From Octopus bimaculoides (Eukaryota): a stretch of DNA of 64,000 bases. Below the pieces are notes generated by a model. The model saw only the letters and a program-made list of their open reading frames with translations. It was not told the DNA's origin and searched no databases. This document shows, in pieces, positions 35,197-50,117 of this stretch. The position numbers and the translations under genes were made by a program. How positions within the stretch are numbered: the stretch's first letter is position 1; each line of letters begins with the position of its first letter. The stretch is taken from contig NC_068986.1 of NCBI RefSeq assembly GCF_001194135.2, positions 2,486,348 to 2,550,347 on the forward strand, in the 5' to 3' direction.

Positions 35197-36513
35197 GAAA
35201 GACATTTTCTCAAAATATATCACATCTTTAAATAAATAGAACACTTAAGAACATGCAAACAATAAGCAAAACAAAAAGAAATTAATGTAAAAGCCAATAA
35301 GACTAAGAATTGGTGAGAATGTAAATGACAAAGATAGACATGCAAAACTAAAACAAACAAATAATCATACACAATATAATCTAATTTTGCTCTAACCTAC
35401 AAAATCCTGATCAACAAAGGCTAAACCAGAACAACACAAATGGAAATATGTAAGAATAGAAAATTCTTGGAACAAAGTATCAAATAGGCCAAAAATAAAA
35501 TAGTAGAAATAGAAATAGAATTATAGCTTTTCCTGTGAAACAATGAAAGGCCTCTGCCAATAACAGCAAAGCATGCAAACCTTACCCTTGTAAAAGCTAG
35601 TGGGAAAATGTGAATATCAATGTACTCTTTGGAAAAAAAAACTGATATAGTTTTTGTGGTAGTCACAGTTAGAAAGGAAAGTGAGAGATTTATCAAAACT
35701 ATTCATATGGGCTAGGCTTTTGGCTTGGCTGTGTGATTAAGAAGCTTGCTTTGCAACCACGTGGTTTCAGGTTCAATTCTACTATGCAGCACTGGGAAAA
35801 TGTCTTCTGTTATAACAACCCCAGGCTGACCAATGCCGTATGAGTGAATTTGATAAGCAGACACTGTGTGGAAGCCAATCATGTTGCTTCTCAACCACAT
35901 AGTTTTGGGCCCATGTTTCCAAATTTTTATAATTTCCTTCTAATTGTTTCAATACACACTTTACTTGTGTTAGGAAATATAAACAATGCATCATCATGGT
36001 ACAGATGACCCAAGGGATCAGAGAAACTCTCCTGCAATAAGTATATTCCAGCAAGATCCATGACTTGTGCAGAATTATTGGATCCCAACATAGCATTGAA
36101 ATTATTACTTGTCTTTCCTGGTCCTTAATTTCCCATCAAATTTAATAACTGGATGTCTTGTGAAGGGGGTGGGGTTCGATACTCTGCATTATGGTTAATC
36201 AGTAAAACTCCAAATTAAAACCTAGACTGCCAAAACTCCCATGGCAAAGTGACCACACCTAAATTCAGCCACAATTTACAGGCACACATTTATAACAATC
36301 CTATTTTTTGACCCAGGAAATGCTTGCCGTTGACACCCATCTTTTACTAAATTTATTGATGAACAGGATGTCGTTGTCTGACTTCAGTTTCATCTTCAAG
36401 TGATAACAGAAGAGTCTGAGGAGGGTTTGGCTGCAGTGGAAAAGACTGGCTCTTTTAGTTGTGTCCACCTCACTACAGTATTCCTCACTGACAGCTATCA
36501 GACAGAGAAAAGG

Positions 36514-36563
36514 CTTCCCCCATTCCTTCCCCATTCCTTCCCCATTCCTTCCCCATTCCTTCC
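36514..36563. repeat. 11-bp tandem repeat (ttccccattcc) x about 4
   Basis: Seen directly. Confidence 0.8.
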
Positions 36564-37338
36564 CTGTTGCAGGTAGTTTGACACAGCTCTACAAGTCAGC
36601 AATATTCAAACACTGAACAAATGCATTGAAGATATCTTTGTCACCCTTGGTGGTGGTGGTGGTGGTGGAGAATAAATGGGGTCATGATACTGGTGATGGT
36701 GATGATGATGATGATGACAATTTTTATCAGCAATTTTTTCCTCCTCCTCTTAATCATCCTAAACAGAGGACTGGGAAGTGTAATTTGAGTCTAGATTCCC
36801 CATTCATATGTACAGAAGACATTGTTTGACCTTCTAGCGCCTGCGTATATTTCTTCTCTCTTATAGGATTGCCGATATTTGGTGTTTATTTTTTAAATAA
36901 ATAACTCCAAATAGTTGTTGTTGCTGTCATCTTAGTTGTATAGTTGTTGTTTAGCTCTGAAACAGCAGATCTATAATCAAAGGTTCTTCTTTTGTTCTTC
37001 AAAAGTTGCAGGCATAGTTGTGTGATTAGGAAACTTGGTTTGCAATCAGTTGATTTTGGGTTGTGCAGCACTTTGGACAAAGTGTCTTCTACTTTAACCA
37101 TTGTTAAAGTAGAAGACTGATTAGTGCCTTGTGAGTAAATTTGGTAGACAGAAACTCTGTGGAAGCCCATTATGTGTGTGTGTAGGAGTGGCTGTGTGGT
37201 AAGTAGCTTGCTTACCAACCACACGGTCCCGGGTTCAGTCCCACTGCGTGACACTTTGGGCAAGTGTCTTCTACTATAGCTTCAAGCCAACCAAAGCTTT
37301 GTGAGTGGATTTGGTAGATGGAAGCTAACAGAAGCCTG

Positions 37339-37371
<33 letters not shown>

Positions 37372-38871
37372 TATATAAAATATAATATAAATAATATATG
37401 TATGTGTGTATGTGTATGTGTGAGTTTGAGAGTGTGTGTGAGTTTGAGAGTGTGTGTGAGTTTGAGAGTGTGTGCGTGCACACAAAAGTATATGTGTGTG
37501 TATGTGTGTGTGAATGTGTTTGAAATAAGAGGATTTTGAGTATTAGTAGATTAGTGCAATAATCCTTAATTACAGTATATAAAGATACAGAGCTTTGAAT
37601 ATAATTCCATACATGAACATACAATACATGCACACACACACACACACACAGATTTGCATATCTAAACATATAAGACAAAAAACATAAATGTATGTCTACC
37701 TACATAATTGCCACAATGCTCTCTATCAGTTAATTCAAGCTGTTACATAACTTCACATTTGTAAGATCAACTCTGGCTATGTACTTTCCAGTTTTCATGA
37801 CGTTATCAGTTCTAATTAATTTACACTGAATGATGCCATTATCTCGAATACAACGCACTTTACCATCTGCTGGTCATAGTGGCAAGATTCTTTCACATCT
37901 GGGTATAATACCATCATATAGAAATCTGATATGTGTGTATGTATGTGTGCATGTGTGCTTCCATCATCATCTCTTTTTTTTCAATACTCATTTTCTATAC
38001 AAGCATAAGTCAAAGGGGTTCTTATGATCTCAATTAGTTTTTATTCAGTCTTATTACCTTCCTAGATGAGTTAAAGGATCAATCATGTCACAACCATATA
38101 TTTTATTTCTGATTTTGTTTCAATAGCTGGATGTCCTTCTTATCACTGACCACTTGTACTAGGTGTTCTTTATTATGGCATCAGCACTAAAATGGTTATC
38201 ATGTCCTCCTCCTTACAATCATCATCATTACTTAATGTCTGTTTCAATGTTGGTATGGGTTGGACAATTCAACAGGAGCTGGCAAACCAGAGGACTGCAT
38301 CAGGGTCTGATATCTGCTTTGACATGTTTTTTTACAACTGGATGCCCTTCCTAACATTAACTATTCTATAGAATGCACAGGGTGCTTTTTTATGTGGCAC
38401 TGGCACTAGTGAGGTCATCAAGTCACTCACAATACATGACCCCTCAAATGAGTTTTCGCGGGAGTAGTATTGAGGGAGATGGCTTTATGCTAGGTGACAG
38501 GAAATTAAAGTATGATTGGGGAGAGGAACAGATGTTTCGCTGTAGGGAAAATACTTGGTAACCCCAGTTAGAAGAGAAAAAGGATGGCAGTGAAGATGTG
38601 TCAAGGAATACCTTCAAGTTATAAGACTAAAATGTCCTCTCAAGCCCATGCTGTCTTCATTTATCCATTGGGTGTGTTTTTTTATATTCAGACACTAACA
38701 GCAGAGACGTTGACATGTTTTCAACAAGACTAAAAAGTATTCTTCATCCCATGTTGTTTCTTCTTGTTCACCAGCCACGTTTTAGAATGTACTAGGTGCA
38801 TCTTATCGTGGCACTAGTGCAGTTACTTGGTAAGAATAAAGAGTTCTCTTTACTCAAGGTAATGTAATATC

Positions 38872-39460
38872 ATCATCATCTTCATTTAACATCTGCTTTC
38901 CATGCTGGCATTGGTGGGATGGCTTGACTGGAGTTGGTAAGATCAAGGTCAACACCAGGCTCCATTGTCTGCTTTGGCATGGTTTCTATGGTTGGATGCC
39001 CTTCCTAATGCCACCCACTTCACAGAGTATACTGAGGGATTTTTATGTGGCACCAACACCAGTACTTTTAACATGGCACCAGCACAAGTGCTTTTTATGT
39101 GGCACCAGTAACACTGCTTTTTATGTAGCATCAGCACTGGTATCAATTTTGCTGTAGTGGACAGGTCTTCTTGAGTACAAAAAAGCACCAGATATCTCGG
39201 TCTTTTGTCATTTCCTTTGTAAGGCTTAGTGTCTTGAGATTGGTCTTCAAGTCTTTGTCCCATGTCTTCCTGAGTCTTCCTCTTCCACATATTCCATCCA
39301 CTTTAAGTGATTGGTACTTCTGTATGTAGCTGTCTACATCCATATGCATCACGTGACCAAACCAGTGCAGTCTTCTCTCTTGCACACTCCATCTAATTCC
39401 ACTTATACCCAACTTTTCTATCAGTGCACTTGCACTCTGTCACACATTGCACATCCAGCA
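38872..39460 (-). mobile_element. 5'-truncated RTE LINE (ORF2 end plus 3' UTR)
   Basis: ERRLHWFGHVMHMD...GRGRLRKTW...LTKEMTKDRDIW, followed by the UTR and (GAT)n tail. Confidence 0.85.
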
Positions 39461-40292
39461 GAGATAAACAGGCAAGGAAATGATAACAGAAGAACCAGGA
39501 TAGGTAGGTGAAGGGAGCAAGAGTATGATGATTAAAACAGAGTTATCAGGGTGAGAGGGTGGCTTAGCGAGGGAAAGAGAGTGATGGGTAGCAATAGGAT
39601 GTCAATAACAAGTTGCTTAAAGTGGAGAGAAGGAGTAATGACTGGTACGTGGGATGCTGTATAAGATAGATATGCATAATTGCTACAGCATTCTCAATAG
39701 TTCAACATGTATTTCTGTGTGTGTGTGTTAGAGAGAGAGAGAGAGAGCATGCATGTGCGTGTGTGTACATGTGTCATATGTGTGTGCATGTGTTCACATG
39801 TGTTGTGTGTGTGTTTGTGTGCTGCAGTTTTTCTCCCAAGTATTAGTGTAGAAATCTTGTGTCTTCTATGAAGCCACTCAGTTAAATATTGCAGACTTGA
39901 AGTCGTAATTCTAGCTGTTACTAAGTGTTCTTTGGCTTCATGTGTCTTCCCTATGATTTGTGGTACAAATTCAATCTAGTTGTTAGAGCATAAGGCAAAA
40001 AGCCTCACAATATTTATTCTAGATATATGTATTCTGAGTTCAAATCCTGCCAAAATCAACTTTGCTTTCTATTCTTTCAGGGTTGCTAAATATCTCCATA
40101 GTGGTGGTGGTTTGGTGAGATTGTCAGAGTGTTGGGCGAGATGTCTAATAGTAAATGTACAATAGTGACTCTCCAGACACTAATGATCCAGAACCTCTTA
40201 TAATCAGCACTAATTTACAAGCAAGAACTTCAAAATTCTCATGGCTGCCAGACTAGTTTACTGGGCAGTCCTGTTTCACAATACCCTTCACA

Positions 40293-40678
40293 GTTGTTGT
40301 TGGCACTCCGTCGCTTACGACATCGAGGGTTCCAGTTGATCCGATCAACGGAACAGCCTGCTCGTGAAATTAATGTGCAAGTGGCTGAGCACTCCACAGA
40401 CACGTGTACCCTTAACGTAGTCCTCGGGGATATTCAGCGTGACACAGTGTGACAAGGCTGACCCTTTGAAATACAGGCACAACAGAAACAAGAAGTAAGA
40501 GTGAGAGAAAGTTGTGGTGAAAGAGTACAGCAGGGTTCGCCACCATCCCCTGCTGGAGCCTCGTGGAACATTAGGTATTTTCGCTCAATAAACACTCACA
40601 ACGCCTGGTCTGAGAATCGAACCGCGATCCTATGACCGCGAGTCTGCTGCCCTAACCACTGGGCTATTGCGCCTCCAC
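40293..40678 (-). mobile_element. Second full-length copy of the (AAC)n-tailed tRNA SINE
   Basis: Reverse complement closely matches 7398-7787; flanked by atacccttcacag / acacctttcacag. Confidence 0.85.
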
Positions 40679-40760
40679 ACACCTTTCACAGTACAGTATT
40701 AACAACATTGTATCATTTATATTTATGTACAGTTACCTGTATTTCAATTAATTATTCAAG

Positions 40761-40985
40761 TCTTTTAACCTTTTATTGTTTTACTTGTTTCAGTCATTTT
40801 GAATGCAGCCATGCTGGAGCACTGCCTTAAAGGGTTTTAGTCAAAGAAATCGACTCCAGGACTTACTCTTTGTAAACAAAGTATTTATTCTATCGGTCTC
40901 TTTTGCCAAACCACTAAGTTACAAGGACATAAACACACCAACATCAGTTGTCAAGTGGTGGTAGGGGGACAAACACAGACACAAA

Positions 40986-41042
<57 letters not shown>

Positions 41043-41190
41043 GACAGGCTTCTTTCATTTTCTGTTTACCATATCCACTCACAAGGCTTTGGTCGACCCG
41101 AAGCTATAGTAGAAGACATTTGCCCAACATATCATGCAGTGGGACTGAACCTATAACCATGTGGTTGGGAAGCAAGCTCCTTACTACACA
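40761..41190 (-). mobile_element. SINE family A, with (CA)n linker
   Basis: Reverse complement of family A. Confidence 0.8.
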
Positions 41191-41744
41191 ATTAATTTAG
41201 AGTGTATTGACCAAAGTGATGACCTCTGGTTCAGAAAACTCGGTCTTCTGGAAAGGCTTTGGAACTTAAGGTCCCAGAAAATTGATGTACCTGTATTTGT
41301 TTCAACTCTTAGTGATCTGAGTGGTTAGGTGGTAGACTTAATCTGTTACCCAGTTTAACACCACCACCTTGTCCTTGAGGCCAGGTCTTGAGCTTGAGTG
41401 TAACTTTCTCCCTTTTTCCTATCAGACTTAAAAGCCCTAAAAAAAATAAATGGGTAGGAGAGCTGCTCTTCCCACTTCCCTGACTAAAAAGTTAAAAGAA
41501 AAAAAGAAAAGAACAATAAAATAGAATGAAATCTAACAACCTGTCACAGCATAGGTGAAGAAATACATAAAATCTTAGGAATAAAAGCAACAACAAAAAT
41601 GAGAAAATGAAAAACAAAACAAGAGTACAATTTGATTAATTTTAAGTTGAAAGGTATGGGTTCAACACTTCAGACTTCAGTCCTTTGTTAAAAGGTAGAA
41701 GAGAAGAAAAGGATAAGAAATTCCATGATTTATGACTCACTGCT

Positions 41745-42030
41745 ATATGTACGCACACACACACACATACACACACACATGTACATCCATACACCCATAT
41801 GCGTGCACATAAACACACACACACAGATGCACACACTCTCGTACACATACACACAGACATGCATACACCAATATGCACACCACTCACATTCACACATATA
41901 CATATACATGCATACATACATATATACATACATACATACATGCATACATACACATACATAATGCATACACACACATTAACACACACCCATCACATCACAC
42001 AAAATCATACCACACACACACACACACACA
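41745..42030. repeat. Compound (CA)n/(CATA)n microsatellite
   Basis: Seen directly; source of the HT/CV-rich ORFs. Confidence 0.9.
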
Positions 42031-44674
42031 CAACAAAATATATGAAAAAACTGATTCCTTGGAATACAGCTGGAAGTGTAATTTCTCATGAATTTATTAA
42101 GAAATATATTTCAGTGTTTTTTTAAACTGTCAGATTAGGGTCAAGCTTGGATATAACGGACTGGCCAAAATACTATGATTACTGTGTCATGGCCACACAA
42201 GTATCTGAAAGATGATAATTTTAAGATTACAATCTATTACATTTGCCAATTATTATTCATTAGGCTCACTTTGACTCACGCATATTTACTAATGCTAATG
42301 AGACTAAATATGTAATTTAGGTTATAGAGAACATTTGTGAAGATGCTTGTGTGTATGTGTGTATGTGTGTGTGTGTGCATACATTACTGATTGTGCTTGT
42401 GTGCGTGTGTGAGCATATTTATAAGTCTGTGTATGTATGTATGTCTACTAGTGATTGTGCTTGTGTGTATGTGTCAGTAAGTGTAAGAGTGAGTGAGTTT
42501 ACTCAATACATGGTACAGAATATGGCACAATTTTGTACAGCATTCCTAGATTTCTGGAAGTGGATAAGAGGGCTGTACTCTTTGATTCTTGAAAAGAATC
42601 AAGAATAAAAGTCATATTTGGTGTCACTTTCTTCTTTTTCAGCTATTTCTTCTGGTGGTTCCTATTTAGTTAGATAATTTAGGAGTTAGTTATAGGTTTA
42701 ATTATAGAATTAATTTACCAATACTGTTTTTTTTTTACATGGGGTAAATGTGTTTCTTTGTTGTAGTTTAATTAATAATGTTAGTGTTTAATCCTTCCTA
42801 GAATTTAGATTGAGTGAATGCGGTGATATCTAAGATATGTTTGTTCCCAAATGACACTTGTTTTAGTGCTGTTGACACCACCTGATTAAATGGTACTGCC
42901 CAGGTATCGAAACCATAATGATATCTGTGGGGCAGCTGATAATGGAGGTCTGTTGGATTGTTGGTATGGCTGTTATTGTATGTGTAGAATAGTTTTATAA
43001 GACATCCATTTGCTATATATATATATATATATATATNNNNNNNNNNNNNNNNNNNNNNNNNNNNNNNNNNNNNNNNNNNNNNNNNNNNNNNNNNNNNNNN
43101 NNNNNNNNNNNNNNNNNNNNNNNNNNNNNNNNNNNNNNNNNNNNNNNNNNNNNNNNNNNNNNNNNNNNNNNNNNNNNNNNNNNNNNNNNNNNNNNNNNNN
43201 NNNNNNNNNNNNNNNNNNNNNNNNNNNNNNNNNNNNNNNNNNNNNNNNNNNNNNNNNNNNNNNNNNNNNNNNNNNNNNNNNNNNNNNNNNNNNNNNNNNN
43301 NNNNNNNNNNNNNNNNNNNNNNNNNNNNNNNNNNNNNNNNNNNNNNNNNNNNNNNNNNNNNNNNNNNNNNNNNNNNNNNNNNNNNNNNNNNNNNNNNNNN
43401 NNNNNNNNNNNNNNNNNNNNNNNNNNNNNNNNNNNNNNNNNNNNNNNNNNNNNNNNNNNNNNNNNNNNNNNNNNNNNNNNNNNNNNNNNNNNNNNNNNNN
43501 NNNNNNNNTAAAAACACTCATATTTATAGAACTGACAAATGCAAACTGTCTGCTACAGTTGCTGGAACTGCCAGATTACATGGTTTCACCCTGTTTTGGA
43601 TCCCTCAGTGGCAGATGTCTTCTAGCAATACAACAGCCAAATCTCCCTGTCATCAGTAGACAGCATTTCAGTGTCTTTTCAGGCTCTCATGTTGCAATTA
43701 GCCATCAGGCTTTTTGAAAAACAATAGCAACAGAAACAGTATTTAATGCCAAAAAGTGGTCTTTATTTTCAACTTAACGTATTCTAACAAAACATCCTCT
43801 TCTTAACCACACACACACACACACACACCACAATCACACAACAACAACAACAACAACAACAATTACAACAACATGTTTGCAACCCAATGTGAAACTCATC
43901 AGGGTAATTGCCCTACTTTTTTTTTTTATATTAGTCATGTTATATATTTTGGTTGGCTTGTATTGACATGAATAAGTCCATTCTTTTGGGTATGACCATC
44001 GTTTTCATTGGTCAGTCTTTTAAAGGTTATTTTATCACTTGTGGCTGTTGTCACTTCATTTGCTGTGGTCAGCTTTGTTGTTATATCCGGGATCCGGATT
44101 GTCATTTGTGATTTTTTTAATTAATGTCTTATACTTTTATCATTGTTACATTGTCATATATATATNNNNNNNNNNNNNNNNNNNNNNNNNNNNNNNNNNN
44201 NNNNNNNNNNNNNNNNNNNNNNNNNNNNNNNNNNNNNNNNNNNNNNNNNNNNNNNNNNNNNNNNNNNNNNNNNNNNNNNNNNNNNNNNNNNNNNNNNNNN
44301 NNNNNNNNNNNNNNNNNNNNNNNNNNNNNNNNNNNNNNNNNNNNNNNNNNNNNNNNNNNNNNNNNNNNNNNNNNNNNNNNNNNNNNNNNNNNNNNNNNNN
44401 NNNNNNNNNNNNNNNNNNNNNNNNNNNNNNNNNNNNNNNNNNNNNNNNNNNNNNNNNNNNNNNNNNNNNNNNNNNNNNNNNNNNNNNNNNNNNNNNNNNN
44501 NNNNNNNNNNNNNNNNNNNNNNNNNNNNNNNNNNNNNNNNNNNNNNNNNNNNNNNNNNNNNNNNNNNNNNNNNNNNNNNNNNNNNNNNNNNNNNNNNNNN
44601 NNNNNNNNNNNNNNNNNNNNNNNNNNNNNNNNNNNNNNNNNNNNNNNNNNNNNNNNNNNNNNNNNNNNNNNNNN

Positions 44675-44707
<33 letters not shown>

Positions 44708-45475
44708 CATACATACATACATACAGGATACTGAAGACAGAGACAAGGTGTCTACTACTCACATATCCCCACCGTCTGGTAATAGGTCTCTGTTGTTGTC
44801 ATTCCAAATTCCTGTTGCTGACAATGGTGATGATGATGGGGACGAGGACAACAGCAATGATTATGACGACATGGGTGCAGTTGTTAATAACAGAAATTGT
44901 GACGCCAGGTAATGACGACACTGACGAAGAGGCTGATGATGACGACTATGATGACAAAGCTGATAAAGATGTTATCAAGTGCACTGCACATTACTGACAA
45001 TCTAATCCCAAACATTCTTTCATGAAATATTTCAGAGTCAGGTTTCTTCAGTTTGGTAACAAATTGACTCTGTCCTTTGTTACACTATAATCCTCTATCC
45101 TTTACGGTTTTTATTTTTACATTCATTGGACTGCGGCCATGCTACAGCATAGTCTCAAAGGGTTTAGTCAAGCAAATAAGCTCCAATATCAATTTCTTTT
45201 AAAAGGTTTTTGGTACTTATTCTATAGGCCTCATTGTCTCTTTTGTTGAACCACTAAGTTACATAAAAAAAAGTTATTTTCTTGAGTCATACAGATTCGT
45301 AAGGGCCAGTTTCCTGGTTTCATGGTGTATATGTTCCCCATCTGGACGGGACACCGGTCCATTGCAGCCAAGAACTGATGCAGCCTACTTGTGCAGGAAA
45401 GGTAATGTCACCTTCCACCCACAAGATTTTGCCAGTGGAATTAGTTTTGGTAGGAAAAAATAAAGTTGAATAGAG

Positions 45476-46112
45476 GCGCAGGTGTGGCTGTGTGGTAAGA
45501 AGCATGCTTCCCAACCACATGGTTCCAGGTTCAGTCCCACTGCGTGGCACCTTGAGCAAGTGTCTTCTACAATAGGCTTGGGCTGACCAAAGCCTTGTGA
45601 GTGGATATGGTAGATGGAAACTGAAAGAAGCCCGTTGTATATCATCATCCTCATCATCATCATTTTACATCCATTGAACGGTTTGACTGAACTGGCATGC
45701 TGGAAGGCTGCGCCAGTTTGATTTGGCATAGATTTCTATGGCAGGATGCCCTTTCTAATGCCAACTACTCCATGAGTGTATTGGGTGTTTTTACGTGCCA
45801 CCAGCACAGGTGCCATTTGCGCGACATTGGTATCTACCATGACTGTAATTTTGCTCAGTTTGATGAGTCTTCTTCTCAAGCATGACATGATGCCAAAGGT
45901 CTCAGCCACTTTTCCTCTGTCAGGCCCACCACTCGAAAACAACTCAGCCACTTTGCCTCCATGAGGCCTAGCATTCAAAGGTTCATATATATATATATAC
46001 ACATATAGTTAATAAAGCATATATGTCTATTTATCCCCCCACTACTGATGTTGGTGTGTTTGCATCCCTGTAACTTAGTGGTTCAGCAAAGAGACCAATA
46101 GAATAAGTAACT
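45476..46112 (+). mobile_element. SINE family A split by an RTE 3'-end insertion (about 45641-45985, minus strand)
   Basis: Head 45476-45640 ends gttgtatat; then (TCA)n and an RTE tail; then (TA)n; then the SINE tail 46020-46112. Confidence 0.7.
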
Positions 46113-49100
46113 AGTTTAAAAACTATTTATGCACACATATATTTATATACAGGTATATATATATATATATTTATAGATAAATAGATAGATAGATAAGCAG
46201 ACAGATATATATGTTTATGTGTATGTATGCATAAAACATTTGCTATGGGGTAGAGTTACTGAAACCATTAAAAACCACATACTTTTGCTTTAGTATGTGT
46301 ACCTGCATTAAAATGCAGGTACAAGGCAGGGCAGCATGTTGGTGTAATCATTTGCATACCAGTCAAATTACCGAGAGGTATTTCATCTGTCTTTACATTC
46401 TGAGTTCAAATTCTGCCAGGGGTGACTTTACCTTCCATTCTTTCGGGGTCGATAGAATAGTTACCAGCTGAATGCTGGGATTGATGTAAGTGACTTATCT
46501 TCTAACCCGAAATTGCTGGCCTTGTGCCAAAATTTGAGACCATTATAGGTACAAGGCCAGACAATTAATGGTATGAGATGCAATTGATTTAATAGACCCC
46601 AGTATTTAACCAGCATTCTTATTTGGCAAACCCAAGGCCATACTGACCTTTATTCATACGTTTATGATCGAGCTGCACCATTTATATGCAATTATATTAT
46701 AATACTAAACATAACTTATACATAATTATATACGAAAATGTAAGATAATTCTGGCTAACTCCAAATACCGTGTTTATGATCAATTCATGAATATCAACAA
46801 ATTGCTAGCTTATTGCTTCATCAGAAAGCCTCATTGCAGGTGATTTACAATTTCTTCTCGCCTGTCTCCATGGCAACAGGGAAAATTTATGATCTCCCTG
46901 ATAGCAGTAATGTCTGCTAGCATTAAAGTGAAGAATGTATTCGAATTTGCTAATTGTGATATGTAGAGGAATCAATTACCAGAAAATAGTTGGCGATAAT
47001 TTTGGTAAAAGATGAACACACACGCACACATTAAAAAATATGAAATCATGCACATATTTGCACACATAAATATTATTATACATTTATACACACATATGGT
47101 CATATGCTTATGTGTGTGTGTGTATGTGTGTGTGTGTATATATAGATAGATGGATAGAGAGATATGTGTGTGTGTGGGTATGTGTGTATGTGCATGCTTG
47201 TATGTATATAAGTATATATATATATAGTTAATCAAATTAAAACATAGGGTAAAAAATCNNNNNNNNNNNNNNNNNNNNNNNNNNNNNNNNNNNNNNNNNN
47301 NNNNNNNNNNNNNNNNNNNNNNNNNNNNNNNNNNNNNNNNNNNNNNNNNNNNNNNNNNNNNNNNNNNNNNNNNNNNNNNNNNNNNNNNNNNNNNNNNNNN
47401 NNNNNNNNNNNNNNNNNNNNNNNNNNNNNNNNNNNNNNNNNNNNNNNNNNNNNNNNNNNNNNNNNNNNNNNNNNNNNNNNNNNNNNNNNNNNNNNNNNNN
47501 NNNNNNNNNNNNNNNNNNNNNNNNNNNNNNNNNNNNNNNNNNNNNNNNNNNNNNNNNNNNNNNNNNNNNNNNNNNNNNNNNNNNNNNNNNNNNNNNNNNN
47601 NNNNNNNNNNNNNNNNNNNNNNNNNNNNNNNNNNNNNNNNNNNNNNNNNNNNNNNNNNNNNNNNNNNNNNNNNNNNNNNNNNNNNNNNNNNNNNNNNNNN
47701 NNNNNNNNNNNNNNNNNNNNNNNNNNNNNNNNNNNNNNNNNNNNNNNNNNNNNNNNNNNNNNNNNNNNNNNNNNNNNNNNNNNNNNNNNNNNNNNNNNNN
47801 NNNNNNNNNNNNNNNNNNNNNNNNNNNNNNNNNNNNNNNNNNNNNNNNNNNNNNNNNNNNNNNNNNNNNNNNNNNNNNNNNNNNNNNNNNNNNNNNNNNN
47901 NNNNNNNNNNNNNNNNNNNNNNNNNNNNNNNNNNNNNNNNNNNNNNNNNNNNNNNNNNNNNNNNNNNNNNNNNNNNNNNNNNNNNNNNNNNNNNNNNNNN
48001 NNNNNNNNNNNNNNNTATATATATATATATGTATGTATCTATATATAAAAGTGTATATATATGTTTATATAAAAGTAAATTTCCAAACATGGTTAAAAGA
48101 GATGTCTAATCTTAGTGGAGCCCATGCTCACTCTTATCAGTTAACAATACTGGCTAACCTCAGTGAATGTAGATGAACTCCAGTTACTTAAATTTACTAT
48201 ACTTGGTTAATTCCTACTTTGGTAAATCCCAAATCCTTCTTTGTCAGGATTTCCTACTTGATGACCTAATAAAAGAATAACTGTATATACGCAGTGAGTG
48301 GAAATTTGCTAAGAAGTGAGTGGACAGCAGGGGAAATCACCAGAGGAAGAACTCTTGTCAAACAAGTGCTTTGGCCAATTACTTCCTGACACTCCAAGGG
48401 AGCCAGGCCCATCTTGGTAGTGACTCATGTGTGTGTGTGTGCATAAAGAATTTTGAATTTTGAAAGGGCTTTTATTTTTGGACTGAGGTCAAACAGTCAA
48501 ATCCATTCGAACATGTGGTCAGTCTTTAGCTACACTGACAGAACATAGGGAGAGGTATTGTCAGATAGAGAGAGAGGAAACCAAAGACAAGAACCATCAT
48601 GCATTTTTAACATTTGGAAGTTATTTTTAACAGGACGGAAAATGTGGTCAGAATAGAGCTATCTTCAATAATCTAAGTAATGCCATCTTCATACTGCATT
48701 TGATGTCCTCATCAAATGGAATTGGTAGTTATGCACTACATATGTTTCAAAAGGCACATTAAAAGCTTATTGTCACCAAGTGCTTGCCACCTATCACCTC
48801 GAAATCCTTTGCTGTAATGAATTTGCCAAGAAAAAAAAAATGGAAGAATATTTGAACATTTCAACAGTCAAAAGAGAATTGGAAATACAAATTGGTTGCA
48901 CACCCGTTCTATCAGATGAAAAAGAACACTGAATAATTATGTGGCACTTTAAAGCAACATAATATGTATTTGGTGCTCATGTAGTACACAACTACCTATT
49001 CCAGTCCTTTTGTTCACAGACTTAATTATTGCATAATAAGCAACCTTTGTTGTTATATACTGGAGTTGTATAGTAGCAGTCATCTTATCAGAATTTATGT

Positions 49101-50117
49101 CTAATTTTAGTATGGGACAATATGTATGGATACTTTGATTAGTAAATTTTATTGATTGATTATCATCTCCTTTGTGTTGTCTATACAAGCCTTGTCTATG
49201 CTAGAAGCTAACAAAATGTTTTAACTTTCTGAATATTGTGTGTGCGTGTGTGTGTGTGCATGTGCATGTGTATGCGTGTATCCTCTACATTATATGATAG
49301 TTGTGAATGAATGTTACCATTATGCAAGCAGTGTCCTCAATTTCTAATCTGACACGAAAATGTCTTGCCATAGAGAAATATTAGCTTACTTGGAAACGAG
49401 TAAATGTCTGTGACAGTGAGGCATCTGGCCATAGATAATCTGCCTCACCAAATTCTGTCTGATCCATGTGAGCATGGAAAAGGGCATTAAAACGACGATG
49501 ATGGTAGCTTTAAAATTCTGAAGTGTATCTGTAACATACCATTGTTCCATGACACATAAATCAAGAGCCACTGGATTAGGTAATAAAACAGTCGACATGT
49601 TGCTACTTGCTTCAGTTGTTCAGATGTTTTGTTTCTTTAAATACAATCAACACTATCTGGTGGGGTTACAGCAGAGACATGACAAAAAGTTAAATGCTAC
49701 TAATTCCACAAAATCTCAAAGCTATGAGATAACCGATATTTAATTCAAAAGAATATGAATACATAAGTATTTACATTTGATAGAATAATCTGAACATTGA
49801 AGGGTTAAAGGATTTAGTCTTGGCATGGGTTAACGCTTTTTGAGAAGCAGGCCACACGAGACATGGTTAATCATTAAGTGAACTACACTACTAAAGAATT
49901 CAAGGTGGTTTCTTTTGTTAAGCATGCTATGCAGAAATTCCTACATGCAACATGTTGTTCATGAGTGGTTTAGTCAAAAAATTCAATGAGAACTTATATT
50001 TTAAGTATGGTATTTATTTGATCAGCCTCTAGTGCCAAACTACTAAATAACAGGGATGAAGACAAACCAACACTGGTTATCAAATAATGTAAGAACAACC
50101 ATAAACACACATATATA

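Noticed and set aside
36301-36620. ORFs on both strands near the 11-bp tandem repeat
   Set aside because: No recognisable domain or splice structure.
42890-43000. Cys-rich 36-aa micro-ORF MVLPRYRNHNDICGAADNGGLLDCWYGCYCMCRIVL
   Set aside because: Superficially defensin-like, but there is no signal peptide, the Cys spacing matches no family I know, and the Cys/Trp/Tyr content comes from TG-rich low-complexity DNA.
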